Assembly (NCBI GenBank): GCA_036006125.1
Contig: DASYPX010000286.1
Span: 1 to 49,749 of the forward strand
Direction: 5' to 3'
DNA length: 49,749 bases
DNA from: Pyrinomonadaceae bacterium
GTDB lineage: Bacteria > Acidobacteriota > Blastocatellia > Pyrinomonadales > Pyrinomonadaceae
Shown in pieces: positions 1-8,665 of the stretch (the stretch's first letter is position 1; every line of letters starts with the position of its first letter). Position numbers and translations under genes: made by a program. The notes under the pieces are model-generated. The model did no database searches, had not been told where the DNA came from, and was given only the letters and a program-made list of their open reading frames with translations.

Positions 1-1
1 C

Positions 2-925
2 GGTCTCGGAAACGCATTGACTTTTCCGCTGCTAAACGGCTGCACATCTGTGCTGTGCCGCGAAAAACCAGGTCCTGACGTGGTCGCAAGAGTTTTTTGC
101 GAACACCGTCCCACAATCTTTTTTGGCGTGCCGGTCGTGTATCGCATGCTACTCGAGCATCATCGAAATGTTTCACCGCTCGACACATCGAGTCTGCGTT
201 TTTGCGTGTCAGCGGGCGAAGCGTTGCCCGCGCAGCTGGGTGAAGACTGGCAGAAAACTTTTGGCGTCGAAGTGCTTGACGGTATCGGTTCGACTGAGAT
301 GCTGCACATGTGGATGTCTAATCACAGTGGTGATGTGCGTTACGGTAGTAGCGGCAAGCTACTGAATGGTTACGAAGCAAAGTTAGTTGATCACGAAGGC
401 GCTCCGGTTCCCGACGGCACAGAAGGCAATCTTTGGATTCGCGGCGGCAGCGCGGCAAGTCGATACTGGCAGCGGCCAGAGACCTCAGCGCAGACGTTCG
501 TCGAAGGGTGGGTACGCACCGGCGATCTTTATCGTTGCGACGAGCAAGGTTTCTGGTGGCACGAGGGTCGCAGCGACGATTGCTTCAAACCAACTGGGCA
601 ATGGGTTTCGCCGGTTGAAGTCGAAGGGGTGCTGGTGAAGTGCGACAAGATTCGTGCTGCCGCAGTGGTTGAGGGATTCGACAAAGATGGTTTGTCGTCG
701 GTCTGTGCGTTCGCGGTGCGCGCGAATGATAGCGAAAGTGAAGAGGCCATCGAACAATCTTTGCGAGCGCTCTGCGAGACATCACTGCCGCGATTTAAGC
801 AACCGCGTCGCTACATATTCGTTTCGGAACTGCCGTACACTGCGACCGGGAAGGTTCAGCGGTACAAACTTCGAGAGAAACTTAGAGCAGAAACCCGACC
901 GTCAGGGAGGGTGCAGTATCCTTAG
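2..925 (+). CDS. AMP-dependent acyl-CoA ligase (benzoate-CoA-ligase-like), 5' end lies outside the window
   Basis: The reading frame is open from nt 2 (GLGNALTFPLLNG...), so the TTG at 17 is not the true start. It is the C-terminal half of an adenylate-forming enzyme (GSTEM, WVRTGDLY, ...TGKVQRYKLRE). The last ~12 codons run into a REP-like hairpin. Confidence 0.85.
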   Translation, partial: GLGNALTFPLLNGCTSVLCREKPGPDVVARVFCEHRPTIFFGVPVVYRMLLEHHRNVSPLDTSSLRFCVSAGEALPAQLGEDWQKTFGVEVLDGIGSTEMLHMWMSNHSGDVRYGSSGKLLNGYEAKLVDHEGAPVPDGTEGNLWIRGGSAASRYWQRPETSAQTFVEGWVRTGDLYRCDEQGFWWHEGRSDDCFKPTGQWVSPVEVEGVLVKCDKIRAAAVVEGFDKDGLSSVCAFAVRANDSESEEAIEQSLRALCETSLPRFKQPRRYIFVSELPYTATGKVQRYKLREKLRAETRPSGRVQYP

Positions 926-939
926 TTTAGGTCGGGTTT
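891..939. repeat. REP-like hairpin straddling the ligase stop codon and the thioesterase start region
   Basis: AAACCCGACC (891-900) pairs perfectly with GGTCGGGTTT (930-939). The loop carries GTCAGGGAGGG, the same core as the repeats at 4490-4574 and 25272-25350. Confidence 0.7.
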
Positions 940-943
940 GCGC

Positions 944-1417
944 ATGAGCATCATTATGGAAAAGAGCATCCAGGAAACCTACGCGCCGAACATGGCTTGC
1001 TTCGGTTGTGGGCCCGCAAACGAAAAGGGTCTGCACATTCGCAGCTTTCCACAAGGTGACGAAGTTGTCGCGACGTTCAATCCGGAAACTTATCAGGAAG
1101 CGTTTCCCGGAATGTTGAGCGGCGGGATTATCGGTACCCTGCTCGACTGTCATTGCAACTGGACCGGCGCTTATCACCTGATGAAACGGTCGGGGCTTGA
1201 CCATCCACCCTGCACCGTTACAGCTGAGTATGCGATTACATTGCTTCGGCCAACGCCGACCGATCAGCCTGTCGAGTTACGCGCACGGGTGGTTGAATCA
1301 AAAGAAGATCGGGCGATTGTGGAAGGCGAGTTAATCGCGCATGGCAAAGTTACTGCGACCTGTCATGGAATGTTCGTCGCGGTGAAGCCCGAGCATCCTG
1401 CGTACCATCGTTGGTAA
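944..1417 (+). CDS. PaaI-type hotdog-fold thioesterase
   Basis: ORF 938-1417 (TTG at 938; ATGs at 944 and 956, so the start is uncertain). It has a CFGCG motif followed by the hotdog core GGIIGTLLDCH. It sits directly downstream of a CoA ligase. Confidence 0.75.
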   Translation: MSIIMEKSIQETYAPNMACFGCGPANEKGLHIRSFPQGDEVVATFNPETYQEAFPGMLSGGIIGTLLDCHCNWTGAYHLMKRSGLDHPPCTVTAEYAITLLRPTPTDQPVELRARVVESKEDRAIVEGELIAHGKVTATCHGMFVAVKPEHPAYHRW

Positions 1418-1418
1418 C

Positions 1419-2033
1419 ATGACCATCACCACAATTTTCTTTGACATCGGCGGTGTCCTGCTTACCGATGGATGGGGTCACGTTTCGCGGCGCGCGGCAG
1501 CGGACAAATTTGGCCTCGATTGGGAGGAATACTCCGAGCGCCATGAAAAAGTCGCGCACGCGATCGAAACCAAAGGGTTATCGCTGGACGAGTATCTCAA
1601 ACGCACGATTTTCTATCGGCCACGTTCATTCAGTCACGAAGAGTTTCGCGATTACATCTTTGCCCAATCAAAGCCCCATCCCGAGACCATTGAAATCGCC
1701 AGACAGTTGGCTGCTTCGCAGAAGTATTTCATGGCGACCATTAATAACGAGATTTTCGAACTGAATGTCTTTCGCCTGAGCGCGTTCGGCCTACGAAACA
1801 TCTTTCCGGTTTTTTTCAGTTCGTGTTTTCTGGGGATTCGCAAACCGGATGAGGCGATTTATCGACTGGCGTTGCAGGTGACGCAGCGTGACGCGGCCGA
1901 ATGCCTGTTTGTCGATGATCGAGAAGTGAACCTGGAATGTCCGCGAGAGATGGGTTTGCAAACAATCCTTTGCGAGAGCGCGTCGCAATTGAAAGACGCA
2001 CTGCAACAACACGCAATCGAGCTTTCAGTTTGA
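1419..2033 (+). CDS. HAD-superfamily hydrolase
   Basis: N-terminal [13 protein letters not shown] (HAD motif I variant), later GIRKPD and FVDDRE motifs. Starts 2 nt after the preceding stop. Confidence 0.8.
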   Translation: MTITTIFFDIGGVLLTDGWGHVSRRAAADKFGLDWEEYSERHEKVAHAIETKGLSLDEYLKRTIFYRPRSFSHEEFRDYIFAQSKPHPETIEIARQLAASQKYFMATINNEIFELNVFRLSAFGLRNIFPVFFSSCFLGIRKPDEAIYRLALQVTQRDAAECLFVDDREVNLECPREMGLQTILCESASQLKDALQQHAIELSV

Positions 2034-2399
2034 CACAATTCTTTTCTTGTTCCCGTCCTTGTCCACCGCGACATAAATGACTTCAGCTTCAGTTACACGG
2101 GCCTTCTGACCGGGCTCGCCATATCGTTCCGCTTCGACCACTACGCGCGTCGTGATTGAAGTGGTACCGATCTTCACCGTTTCTGAATAAAAACTGACCA
2201 GGTCGCCAACGAATACCGGTTGATGAAAAATCACCTCCCGCATAGCGACCGTGACGAAGCGATCCATGCCGGTGCGGCGATGCGCTTCAATCGCGCCGGC
2301 CATGTCGATGTAGCTGAGAATTACGCCGCCAAAGATTGTGCCTTGCGAGTTAGTGTCACGCGGCAGCATCGTGATGCGAATCGCCGGATCTGCATTCAT
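2025..2399 (-). CDS. acyl-CoA thioesterase (YciA-like hotdog fold)
   Basis: 124 aa with [20 protein letters not shown], typical of acyl-CoA hydrolases. Its 3' end overlaps the convergent HAD gene by 9 nt. Confidence 0.85.
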   Translation of the reverse strand: MNADPAIRITMLPRDTNSQGTIFGGVILSYIDMAGAIEAHRRTGMDRFVTVAMREVIFHQPVFVGDLVSFYSETVKIGTTSITTRVVVEAERYGEPGQKARVTEAEVIYVAVDKDGNKKRIVSN

Positions 2400-2464
2400 G
2401 TTGTGATAGTAAATCGGGAGTCGTGAATCGTAAATGGAAGGCGCACGATGTGCTTGTCTTATTC

Positions 2465-2593
2465 ACACCTCGCTTCAGCGAGGTGTTGACGGTAGATAAG
2501 ATCAAATGAGCCGTTTTAACGGCTTGATTTCAAAAACTGTTGAAACGGTTGGTTACCGTATCGCCGTTGATCCCACCTCGCTGAAGCGAGGTG
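2465..2593. repeat. composite palindromic element (two inverted copies of a CACCTCGCT..AGCGAGGTG hairpin flanking a third hairpin)
   Basis: Hairpin ACACCTCGCT-TC-AGCGAGGTGT at 2465-2486. Its reverse-complement version CACCTCGCT-GA-AGCGAGGTG at 2574-2593. Central hairpin AGCCGTT-TT-AACGGCT at 2509-2524. Confidence 0.8.
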
Positions 2594-2698
2594 TAATGAA
2601 AGGATAAAAAAACGCAGTACCCCTGAACGTTTCGGTCGGAACTAAATGTAGCCTCAGGTGTCTAAGCTGACAAATCGGACGAAAGAAGGTCCTTACTC

Positions 2699-2959
2699 AT
2701 GTTCCAGTTATTTGACCTGATTCTGGCATCCATCGGTGGAGTGGTTTTCGGTGCCTTGCGAGACACGGTTTACGTCGCGATGCTCGTTTCAGATTGCGAT
2801 GAGTGCGGCTTCAATGATCTGGGCAAGCTGCTTTTCGGCGGATTGATTCTCGCGCTTCTCGTTGGAGTGGGCGGCTCTTTGCTGTGGCGGCGGATGAAAG
2901 AGAAAAACGCGAGCGCGTCGGACTTCGTTTCGATCAAATCGCATCAGTCGCGCCCCTGA
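2699..2959 (+). CDS. hypothetical small membrane protein
   Basis: 86-aa ORF with two hydrophobic segments (LILASIGGVVFGAL and LLFGGLILALLVGVGGSLLW). No strong RBS and no recognisable family. Confidence 0.4.
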   Translation: MFQLFDLILASIGGVVFGALRDTVYVAMLVSDCDECGFNDLGKLLFGGLILALLVGVGGSLLWRRMKEKNASASDFVSIKSHQSRP

Positions 2960-2978
2960 GTGTTTAGAGGCGGGACGG

Positions 2979-3416
2979 TCACGACACAAACGGGTACCAG
3001 GGCGTATTGCGAAAGATCCAGAAAAAGATCATCAGCACGAGCCACGTCCAAAGGTAGAAGGACGGGACAAACAGACGCCGCTGCGGTTGACCAGTGATCG
3101 CGCTCTTCGTGTAGCCGAGAAACCCATAAACAATGAACGGCAGCGTCAGCATGAAAAGCGGATTCAGCTTGAACGCCGCCACCGGATGCAGATGTAAAAG
3201 CTGGTAAAGAGCGCGCGTCGAGCCACACCCGGGACACTGCATGCCTGTCAACAAACGAAAGGGACACTTGGGAAAGAATTGATTCGCCGGACTCGCGGGA
3301 TTGAAGAAAAACAGAAAGCCACCAAGCGCAACAAGACCGAGCCATACGCCGGCGGTAATCATTAGTTGCCGCGCGCGGTCGGCGGCTACCGGCACAAAAT
3401 AGAAGCCCTTCATCAT
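2979..3416 (-). CDS. DUF2752-family membrane protein
   Basis: CPFRLLTGMQCPGCGSTRA motif characteristic of DUF2752, plus several TM segments. Confidence 0.8.
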   Translation of the reverse strand: MMKGFYFVPVAADRARQLMITAGVWLGLVALGGFLFFFNPASPANQFFPKCPFRLLTGMQCPGCGSTRALYQLLHLHPVAAFKLNPLFMLTLPFIVYGFLGYTKSAITGQPQRRLFVPSFYLWTWLVLMIFFWIFRNTPWYPFVS

Positions 3417-3487
3417 ATGAAAACCGCAGCGAACCGTGGGCTCATCGCTGCGGTCAGTTTAGCGCAAGAAAAATTCTCGACGAAACT

Positions 3488-3868
3488 TCAGAACCAGCCC
3501 TTCTTATTCTGAATGTAGGTCCGGACGAATTCTTCGTCTGACTTTGTCAGATAGATGATTCCTTCAATCAGGCCGATGATGTGACCCACTCCACACGTAA
3601 TAAAAGTAATCACAATCTGGATGATACCTTCGGTCGTGTAGCCGAGAATGAACTTGTGAATGCCGAAACCGCCCACGAGTATGGCGCAGAGGCCGGCCAC
3701 CAGCTTCTTGTCCGCGCCTTGTTGTTTCCAATCCTGAACGGCGCCAAATGCGGGCGGTGGTTGAATTGGTTGATAACCGCCGATCTGCGGCAGCGCAGCA
3801 CCGCATTGGGAACAGTTCTGAGCAAAGTCTTCGTTTTGCGCTCCACACTTGGTACAAAAAACTGCCAT
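3488..3868 (-). CDS. TM2-domain membrane protein with N-terminal zinc ribbon
   Basis: N-terminal CTKCG...CSQCG zinc ribbon, Pro-rich linker, then a TM2-like core (KKLVAGLCAILVGGFGIHKFILGY...GVGHIIGLIEGIIYL). Confidence 0.85.
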   Translation of the reverse strand: MAVFCTKCGAQNEDFAQNCSQCGAALPQIGGYQPIQPPPAFGAVQDWKQQGADKKLVAGLCAILVGGFGIHKFILGYTTEGIIQIVITFITCGVGHIIGLIEGIIYLTKSDEEFVRTYIQNKKGWF

Positions 3869-3886
3869 AACTTTTTCTCACAATGT

Positions 3887-3926
3887 GAACCGGAGAATCC
3901 CACACACCCGCAGGATCCTCCGGTTC
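3887..3926 (-). promoter_or_regulatory. stable intercistronic hairpin between the CD225 and TM2 genes
   Basis: GAACCGGAGAATCC (3887-3900) pairs with GGATCCTCCGGTTC (3913-3926): 14 bp with one mismatch and a 12-nt loop. On the transcribed (minus) strand it lies ~15 nt upstream of the TM2 gene start region. Confidence 0.6.
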
Positions 3927-4015
3927 GAATTACCGCCTATACGTTTCGAACAAAACCAGCTATTGGCCATCACAAGAGGAGGCTTGTGCGTGACCAATAC
4001 CGGTGGCTCGACCGA

Positions 4016-4315
4016 TTAAGTGTTGCCAATCGCGCTCAAGCCGACGCCGAGGATCAGCATGATCACGTAGCACAGAATGCCCAGCAGTCCGAGTCCAATC
4101 GCGATAAAGCTGAACATCTTGGCCTTCTTCGAAGCATCCTGGGCGCCTGCGATATCTCCCGCAGCCACTTTGCCGTTTACCTGAGTAGCGAAAATAATCG
4201 CTGGGATTGCCAGTGGCCAGCAACAGAATATCGAAATGATTGCCGGCACTAAATAGTTTGGAACAGTTGCCGAACCCCCTGCGGGCGGTGGCGGCGGAGT
4301 CCAGTTTTGCGACAT
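4016..4315 (-). CDS. CD225/dispanin (IFITM-like) family membrane protein
   Basis: 99 aa: Pro-rich N-terminus, then NYLVPAIISIFCCWPLAIPAIIFATQV, an amphipathic linker and a second TM. This is the typical dispanin layout. Confidence 0.85.
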   Translation of the reverse strand: MSQNWTPPPPPAGGSATVPNYLVPAIISIFCCWPLAIPAIIFATQVNGKVAAGDIAGAQDASKKAKMFSFIAIGLGLLGILCYVIMLILGVGLSAIGNT

Positions 4316-4489
4316 GTTTTAGTCTCTCCTGTGATTTGGTTTCTGAATTACGAAGCTTGGAAAACTGATGAGAGCTGACAAACCCTTAGCGCTTACGGTA
4401 ACCGGTTTTAAATGAATTGGCGCTACGAAACGCGCAGCATAACTAACAAAAGAGGCGCACCATTGTCAATCTAAATTGGCTTTGTGTCA

Positions 4490-4574
4490 GGAGCCCGACC
4501 GTGAGGGAGGGCACCGCACACTCCGAGTACCTGCGCTCTTGTGAAACTTGCCCCTCCCTTACGATCGGGCTTCC
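4490..4574. repeat. REPIN-like inverted doublet (decayed)
   Basis: GGAGCCCGACCGTGAGGGAGGGC (4490-4512) versus GCCCCTCCCTTACGATCGGGCTTCC (4550-4574): inverted, a few mismatches, ~37-nt spacer. Same core as 25272-25350. Confidence 0.75.
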
Positions 4575-4650
4575 GACACCACCCCAATTGACTGCCGAAT
4601 CAAGGATCGGTGATAGTCTCAGCCGAATTCATTCGCGGACCGGCTTTTAA

Positions 4651-6792
4651 ATGAAACAGATTCTTCAAAATGCTAAGACTGGTGCAGTCGCGGTTCAGGA
4701 CGTTCCCGCGCCCATTGCGCAACCAGGCTTCGTATTAGTGCGAACGTCAGCCTCGTTGATTAGCGCGGGGACCGAAAGGCTCACGGTTGAGGCCGGGCAA
4801 AAAAATCTCGTCAGTCGCGCGATTGAGCAACCCGCCCTTGTCAAGAAAGTCCTGGACAAAGCCAGAAACGAGGGCGTAGTTGCCACGTTCGATGCGGTGC
4901 GATCAAAACTGGGATCGTTGACCGCACTTGGGTACAGCGCAGCGGGGACGATTGCGGCAATCGGCGAAGGTGTGACCGACTTGCGTGTCGGCGATCGCGT
5001 AGCATGTGCCGGCGTCGGTTATGCATCGCACGCCGAAGTCCTTTCAGTTCCGAAAAACCTTTGCGTTCGGGTGCCTGATGTCGTGGATTTCGACACGGCC
5101 GCCTTCGGCACGGTCGGCGCGATCGCCCTGCAAGGCTTGCGTTTGGCCGAACCCACGCTCGGCGAATCGGTCGTGGTGATCGGACTGGGATTGATAGGAC
5201 AGATCGCAGTTCAACTGTTAACTGCGAATGGTTGTCGCGTGTTTGGGATCGATCTCGATCAGCAGAAGATCGATCTGGCGAAGCAACTTGGCGGTGAGGA
5301 TGGATGCAAGCCCGACGATGACGCGACGCAACGCGTCCTCGATTGGTCGCGCGGTCGTGGCGCGGATGCTGTTTTGATCACCGCCGCAACCTCGTCAGAC
5401 CAGCCGGTGGAACTCGCGGGCGAAATTTCGCGGCCGAAAGGTCGCGTGGTCGTCGTTGGCGCAGTCGGACTCAATCTGCCGCGCAAATCTTACTACGATC
5501 GTGAACTGACTTTCCTCATTTCGATGTCTTATGGACCCGGCCGTTACGATCGCAACTATGAAGAACGCGGACAAGATTATCCGTTTGGGTATGTGCGATG
5601 GACCGAAGGAAGAAACATTGAAGCCTTTCTCGACATGATGGCCGCAGGCCGCGTGAACGTCGAGCCGCTCATCACGCACCGCTTCAAAATCGATGATGGC
5701 GAACGCGCTTATGAGTTGATCACGAGCGACGAACCTTACCTCGGCGTGGTGCTGCAATACGACGCCACGCGAGAAGTCGAGTCACGCATTCCGCTTAATC
5801 AGAAGACAACCGCCCGCAGTTCAGGGAAGGCTGTGAGAGTGGGATTAATCGGTGCGGGAGATTACGCAAAGTCGGTGCTGCTGCCGAATTTCAAAGCCGC
5901 CGGTGCTGAGTTTCAAGCGATCGCGACCGCCTCAGGTGTAAACGCGCGTTCGGTCGGAGAGCAGCACGGATTCCGCTTCTGCGCGTCCGGCGCCGCAGAC
6001 GTGATTAATGATGCGGACGTCAACCTGGTGGTCATCGCCAGTCGTCACGCTTCGCACGCAGCCCTGGTGCGCCAAGCGCTGGAAGCCGGCAAATATGTGT
6101 TTGTCGAGAAGCCGCTGGCTACCAGCGATCAGGAACTCGACGAAGTCATGGCAATCGCGGAGGCCGGCAGCGGACTGATGGTTGGTTTCAACCGGCGGTT
6201 TTCGCCACTGTCGCGCGAGGCATTTCAGTTCTTCAAGAATCGCCAGTCGCCTCTTTCAATAAATTACCGCGTTAATGCGGGCCGTCTCTCACCAAACCAT
6301 TGGCACCACGACGCGAATGAAGGTGGCCGACTAATCGGCGAAGTCTGCCACTTCATCGATCTGGTTCATTTCATTACCGGCTCGCTGACAACGCGCGTGT
6401 TCGCGGAAGCCGTGGCCGATCGCAATGCGCAGTCGACTAATGAAGATTCAGTTTTCGTGACTTTACGGCTACATGACGGCTCGAACGCTTCGATTGCTTA
6501 CTTGTCAGAGGGTGACAAAGCTCTACCCAAGGAACGTATCGAGATTTTCGGGGGCGGCAAATCGTTTGTAATCGATGATTTTCGCAGCGCCACGGCCTAC
6601 GAGAACGGCCGCGAGAAAACCACCAGGCTGCGCGAACAGGACAAGGGCCAGCGCGATGAGGTTCGCGCGGTGATGTCGATGGTGCTTGATGGAAAAACCG
6701 CGCCAATCTCGCTTGAAGACCTAAAGACAACGACTCGCGCAACCTTTCGGATTCGCGAGTCGTTGCAAACGGGTTTGCCTGTCGAAGTCTAA
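4651..6792 (+). CDS. bi-domain oxidoreductase (N-terminal MDR/zinc-type alcohol dehydrogenase fused to C-terminal Gfo/Idh/MocA domain)
   Basis: The N-terminal half has an MDR fold with the Rossmann motif VIGLGLIGQ. The C-terminal half starts with VGLIGAGDYA and contains EKPLA, typical of Gfo/Idh/MocA. Confidence 0.85.
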   Translation: MKQILQNAKTGAVAVQDVPAPIAQPGFVLVRTSASLISAGTERLTVEAGQKNLVSRAIEQPALVKKVLDKARNEGVVATFDAVRSKLGSLTALGYSAAGTIAAIGEGVTDLRVGDRVACAGVGYASHAEVLSVPKNLCVRVPDVVDFDTAAFGTVGAIALQGLRLAEPTLGESVVVIGLGLIGQIAVQLLTANGCRVFGIDLDQQKIDLAKQLGGEDGCKPDDDATQRVLDWSRGRGADAVLITAATSSDQPVELAGEISRPKGRVVVVGAVGLNLPRKSYYDRELTFLISMSYGPGRYDRNYEERGQDYPFGYVRWTEGRNIEAFLDMMAAGRVNVEPLITHRFKIDDGERAYELITSDEPYLGVVLQYDATREVESRIPLNQKTTARSSGKAVRVGLIGAGDYAKSVLLPNFKAAGAEFQAIATASGVNARSVGEQHGFRFCASGAADVINDADVNLVVIASRHASHAALVRQALEAGKYVFVEKPLATSDQELDEVMAIAEAGSGLMVGFNRRFSPLSREAFQFFKNRQSPLSINYRVNAGRLSPNHWHHDANEGGRLIGEVCHFIDLVHFITGSLTTRVFAEAVADRNAQSTNEDSVFVTLRLHDGSNASIAYLSEGDKALPKERIEIFGGGKSFVIDDFRSATAYENGREKTTRLREQDKGQRDEVRAVMSMVLDGKTAPISLEDLKTTTRATFRIRESLQTGLPVEV

Positions 6793-8532
6793 TTATGGCT
6801 GCGTCAATCGCGCACGCTGTGCGGCCATCGCCAATTCGCGCGCGCGCGGTAATGAATCAACAGCTTTAGCAACCTGATTGTCCTGGCGGATCAGGACTTG
6901 TGCCGCCGTGGTGATTCCGTACGCCGCCATTGCCAGGTTGTAGCGCAGCTGCGTCTCGAAAAACGAGCGGTTCTTATCGACCTGCGACAGAAGCGGCTTC
7001 CAATTGACATCCTTCGCAACATAGTCCCGGAACGCCTGGAACACCTGCTCAGTCGCTGGAAAATCCTTCTCATCGATCACATGGTCGTAATTGATCGCTT
7101 TGTCAGCACGATAACTATCAAACCCTGAGATGCGACCGTTCGCGAGGTCTCGCGCGAAAAAGAAGATCGGGCTGCGCAGACGGTTCTGTGGCGTTGTAAT
7201 TAATTCTGGAGTTACGGTCTCGTCCGGCGTGATGCCGCCCCCGCCGTAAACCGTGCGGCCGGTGTCTGTGCGCATTGCCGGACCATTTGGCTTCGGGGTG
7301 TTGTTGGCCTCTCGTAATGTGCCGCCGCGATAGATGTAGTTATAGAAGCTGCCATCGGAATAGTCTCGTTGAATCAAGCGGCCCGAAGGCGTGTAGTAAT
7401 AGGCGGAAGTGAGCGTCAGTCCGGCGCAACCGCGAAAACAATTGTCGGGCAGTCGAATAATGCTTTGCACGAGTCCTTTGCCGAAACTTGTCTGACCAAC
7501 GATCAAGCCCCGGTCGTGATCCTGTATGGCCCCAGCGACGATCTCCGATGCTGATGCCGTTAAGTCATTCACCAGGATAACCAGCGGCACGCGATCGGGA
7601 TCGGTACGCGTCGAAGTGTAAATCCGATCGTTCATACCGTTGCGGCCCTTTTGGGTCATGATCACCTGACCCGCCGGCAGGAACGTACGAGCAACCAGAA
7701 TTGCCTGATCGAGCAACCCTCCAGGATTGTTTCTAAGATCCAGCACCAGCGACGTCATGCCGCGTTCGTGCAGATATTCCAGCGCTGACTCCAAACGCTC
7801 TGCGGTGTCGGCGTTGAAGCCACGTGTCATGTCAATGTAGCCAACCCCCGGTCTCAGAAAGTAAGCATCTGGAACCGACGGTTGCGGCACTTTGTCGCGA
7901 ATGATTTCGACGTTTTCGACTTTGAGACTCGCCGCCCTCGTTAACGTCAATGTGACGTGACTATTCTGCGGGCCGCGGATCTTGTCGCGGACTTCAGCGG
8001 ACAGCTTGCCGTGCATCGACACGCCATCGACCGCGTCGATCCGATCGCCATAACGCAAACCTGCCTTCGATGCCGGCGAATTCTGAAATGTCGCAGTAAC
8101 GTAGGTGTCAATGGAATTTCCGACCGGGTAGCTCAGAATGGAAGCGCCTATGCCGAAGTATTCGCTGTGCTGATCGTTCAGCATGTCTTCAAACTCTTCG
8201 CGATCGAAGTAGTTCGAATGCGGATCGAGGGAGCGCAGCATTCCGGTAATCGACGACTTGTACACGTCGTTGAAATCGAGCTTGTTGCCGTCGATGTAAT
8301 GTTCCTGAATGACGGCGAGAGCTTCGGCGAAATCTTCGTCAATGGCTGCCGTGGTGACCTTTGGGCTCGTCACCCGCGCTCGCCGCGATGCAGTTGGCGG
8401 CGCATCGGTCTTCGTGGTTGTTTTGCCTGAACTATCGGAGTTACGTCTGGGCTGTTGCGCCAGAACGAATCCGGGAAGAATTAACGCGAAAAGGATAAGC
8501 GCGACCAGCGCCGGAGAAAACTTGTTCTTCAC
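6793..8532 (-). CDS. S41 C-terminal processing peptidase with PDZ domain, secreted
   Basis: Signal peptide, PDZ-like GDRIDAVDG, S41 catalytic region NDLTASASEIVAGA...TSFGKGLVQ. Its stop codon abuts the stop of the convergent oxidoreductase gene (6792/6793). Confidence 0.9.
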   Translation of the reverse strand: MKNKFSPALVALILFALILPGFVLAQQPRRNSDSSGKTTTKTDAPPTASRRARVTSPKVTTAAIDEDFAEALAVIQEHYIDGNKLDFNDVYKSSITGMLRSLDPHSNYFDREEFEDMLNDQHSEYFGIGASILSYPVGNSIDTYVTATFQNSPASKAGLRYGDRIDAVDGVSMHGKLSAEVRDKIRGPQNSHVTLTLTRAASLKVENVEIIRDKVPQPSVPDAYFLRPGVGYIDMTRGFNADTAERLESALEYLHERGMTSLVLDLRNNPGGLLDQAILVARTFLPAGQVIMTQKGRNGMNDRIYTSTRTDPDRVPLVILVNDLTASASEIVAGAIQDHDRGLIVGQTSFGKGLVQSIIRLPDNCFRGCAGLTLTSAYYYTPSGRLIQRDYSDGSFYNYIYRGGTLREANNTPKPNGPAMRTDTGRTVYGGGGITPDETVTPELITTPQNRLRSPIFFFARDLANGRISGFDSYRADKAINYDHVIDEKDFPATEQVFQAFRDYVAKDVNWKPLLSQVDKNRSFFETQLRYNLAMAAYGITTAAQVLIRQDNQVAKAVDSLPRARELAMAAQRARLTQP

Positions 8533-8665
8533 AGAAACCTCACTGATTGTTTTAACGAAGCGAGATTAAAACCGGGGAGCCCCTGTAACTCAACCAGGCG
8601 ACCTGCTCGTCGGCATCTTAACGGATGCGGAAGAGGTGAGCAAGGTTGCGCTTACGAAACCCGAT

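Noticed and set aside
3915-3935. GGTTCGAAT, a tRNA T-loop-like sequence
   Set aside because: The flanking bases cannot form a 5-bp T-stem, and there is no acceptor or anticodon arm. The sequence is simply the 3' arm of the 3887-3926 hairpin.
4365-4431. CTGATGAG (4365-4372) and CGAAAC (4426-4431) resembling hammerhead ribozyme core motifs
   Set aside because: The sequences that would have to form stem II next to the core (GAGC... / ...GCTAC) do not pair, and no convincing stems I or III or cleavage-site context were found. The core-motif matches are most likely chance.
6790-6795. Convergent genes with abutting stop codons (6792/6793) and a 9-nt convergent overlap at 2025-2033
   Set aside because: This is noted as compact gene packing with no room for terminators. 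It is common in bacterial genomes and not evidence of anything unusual by itself.
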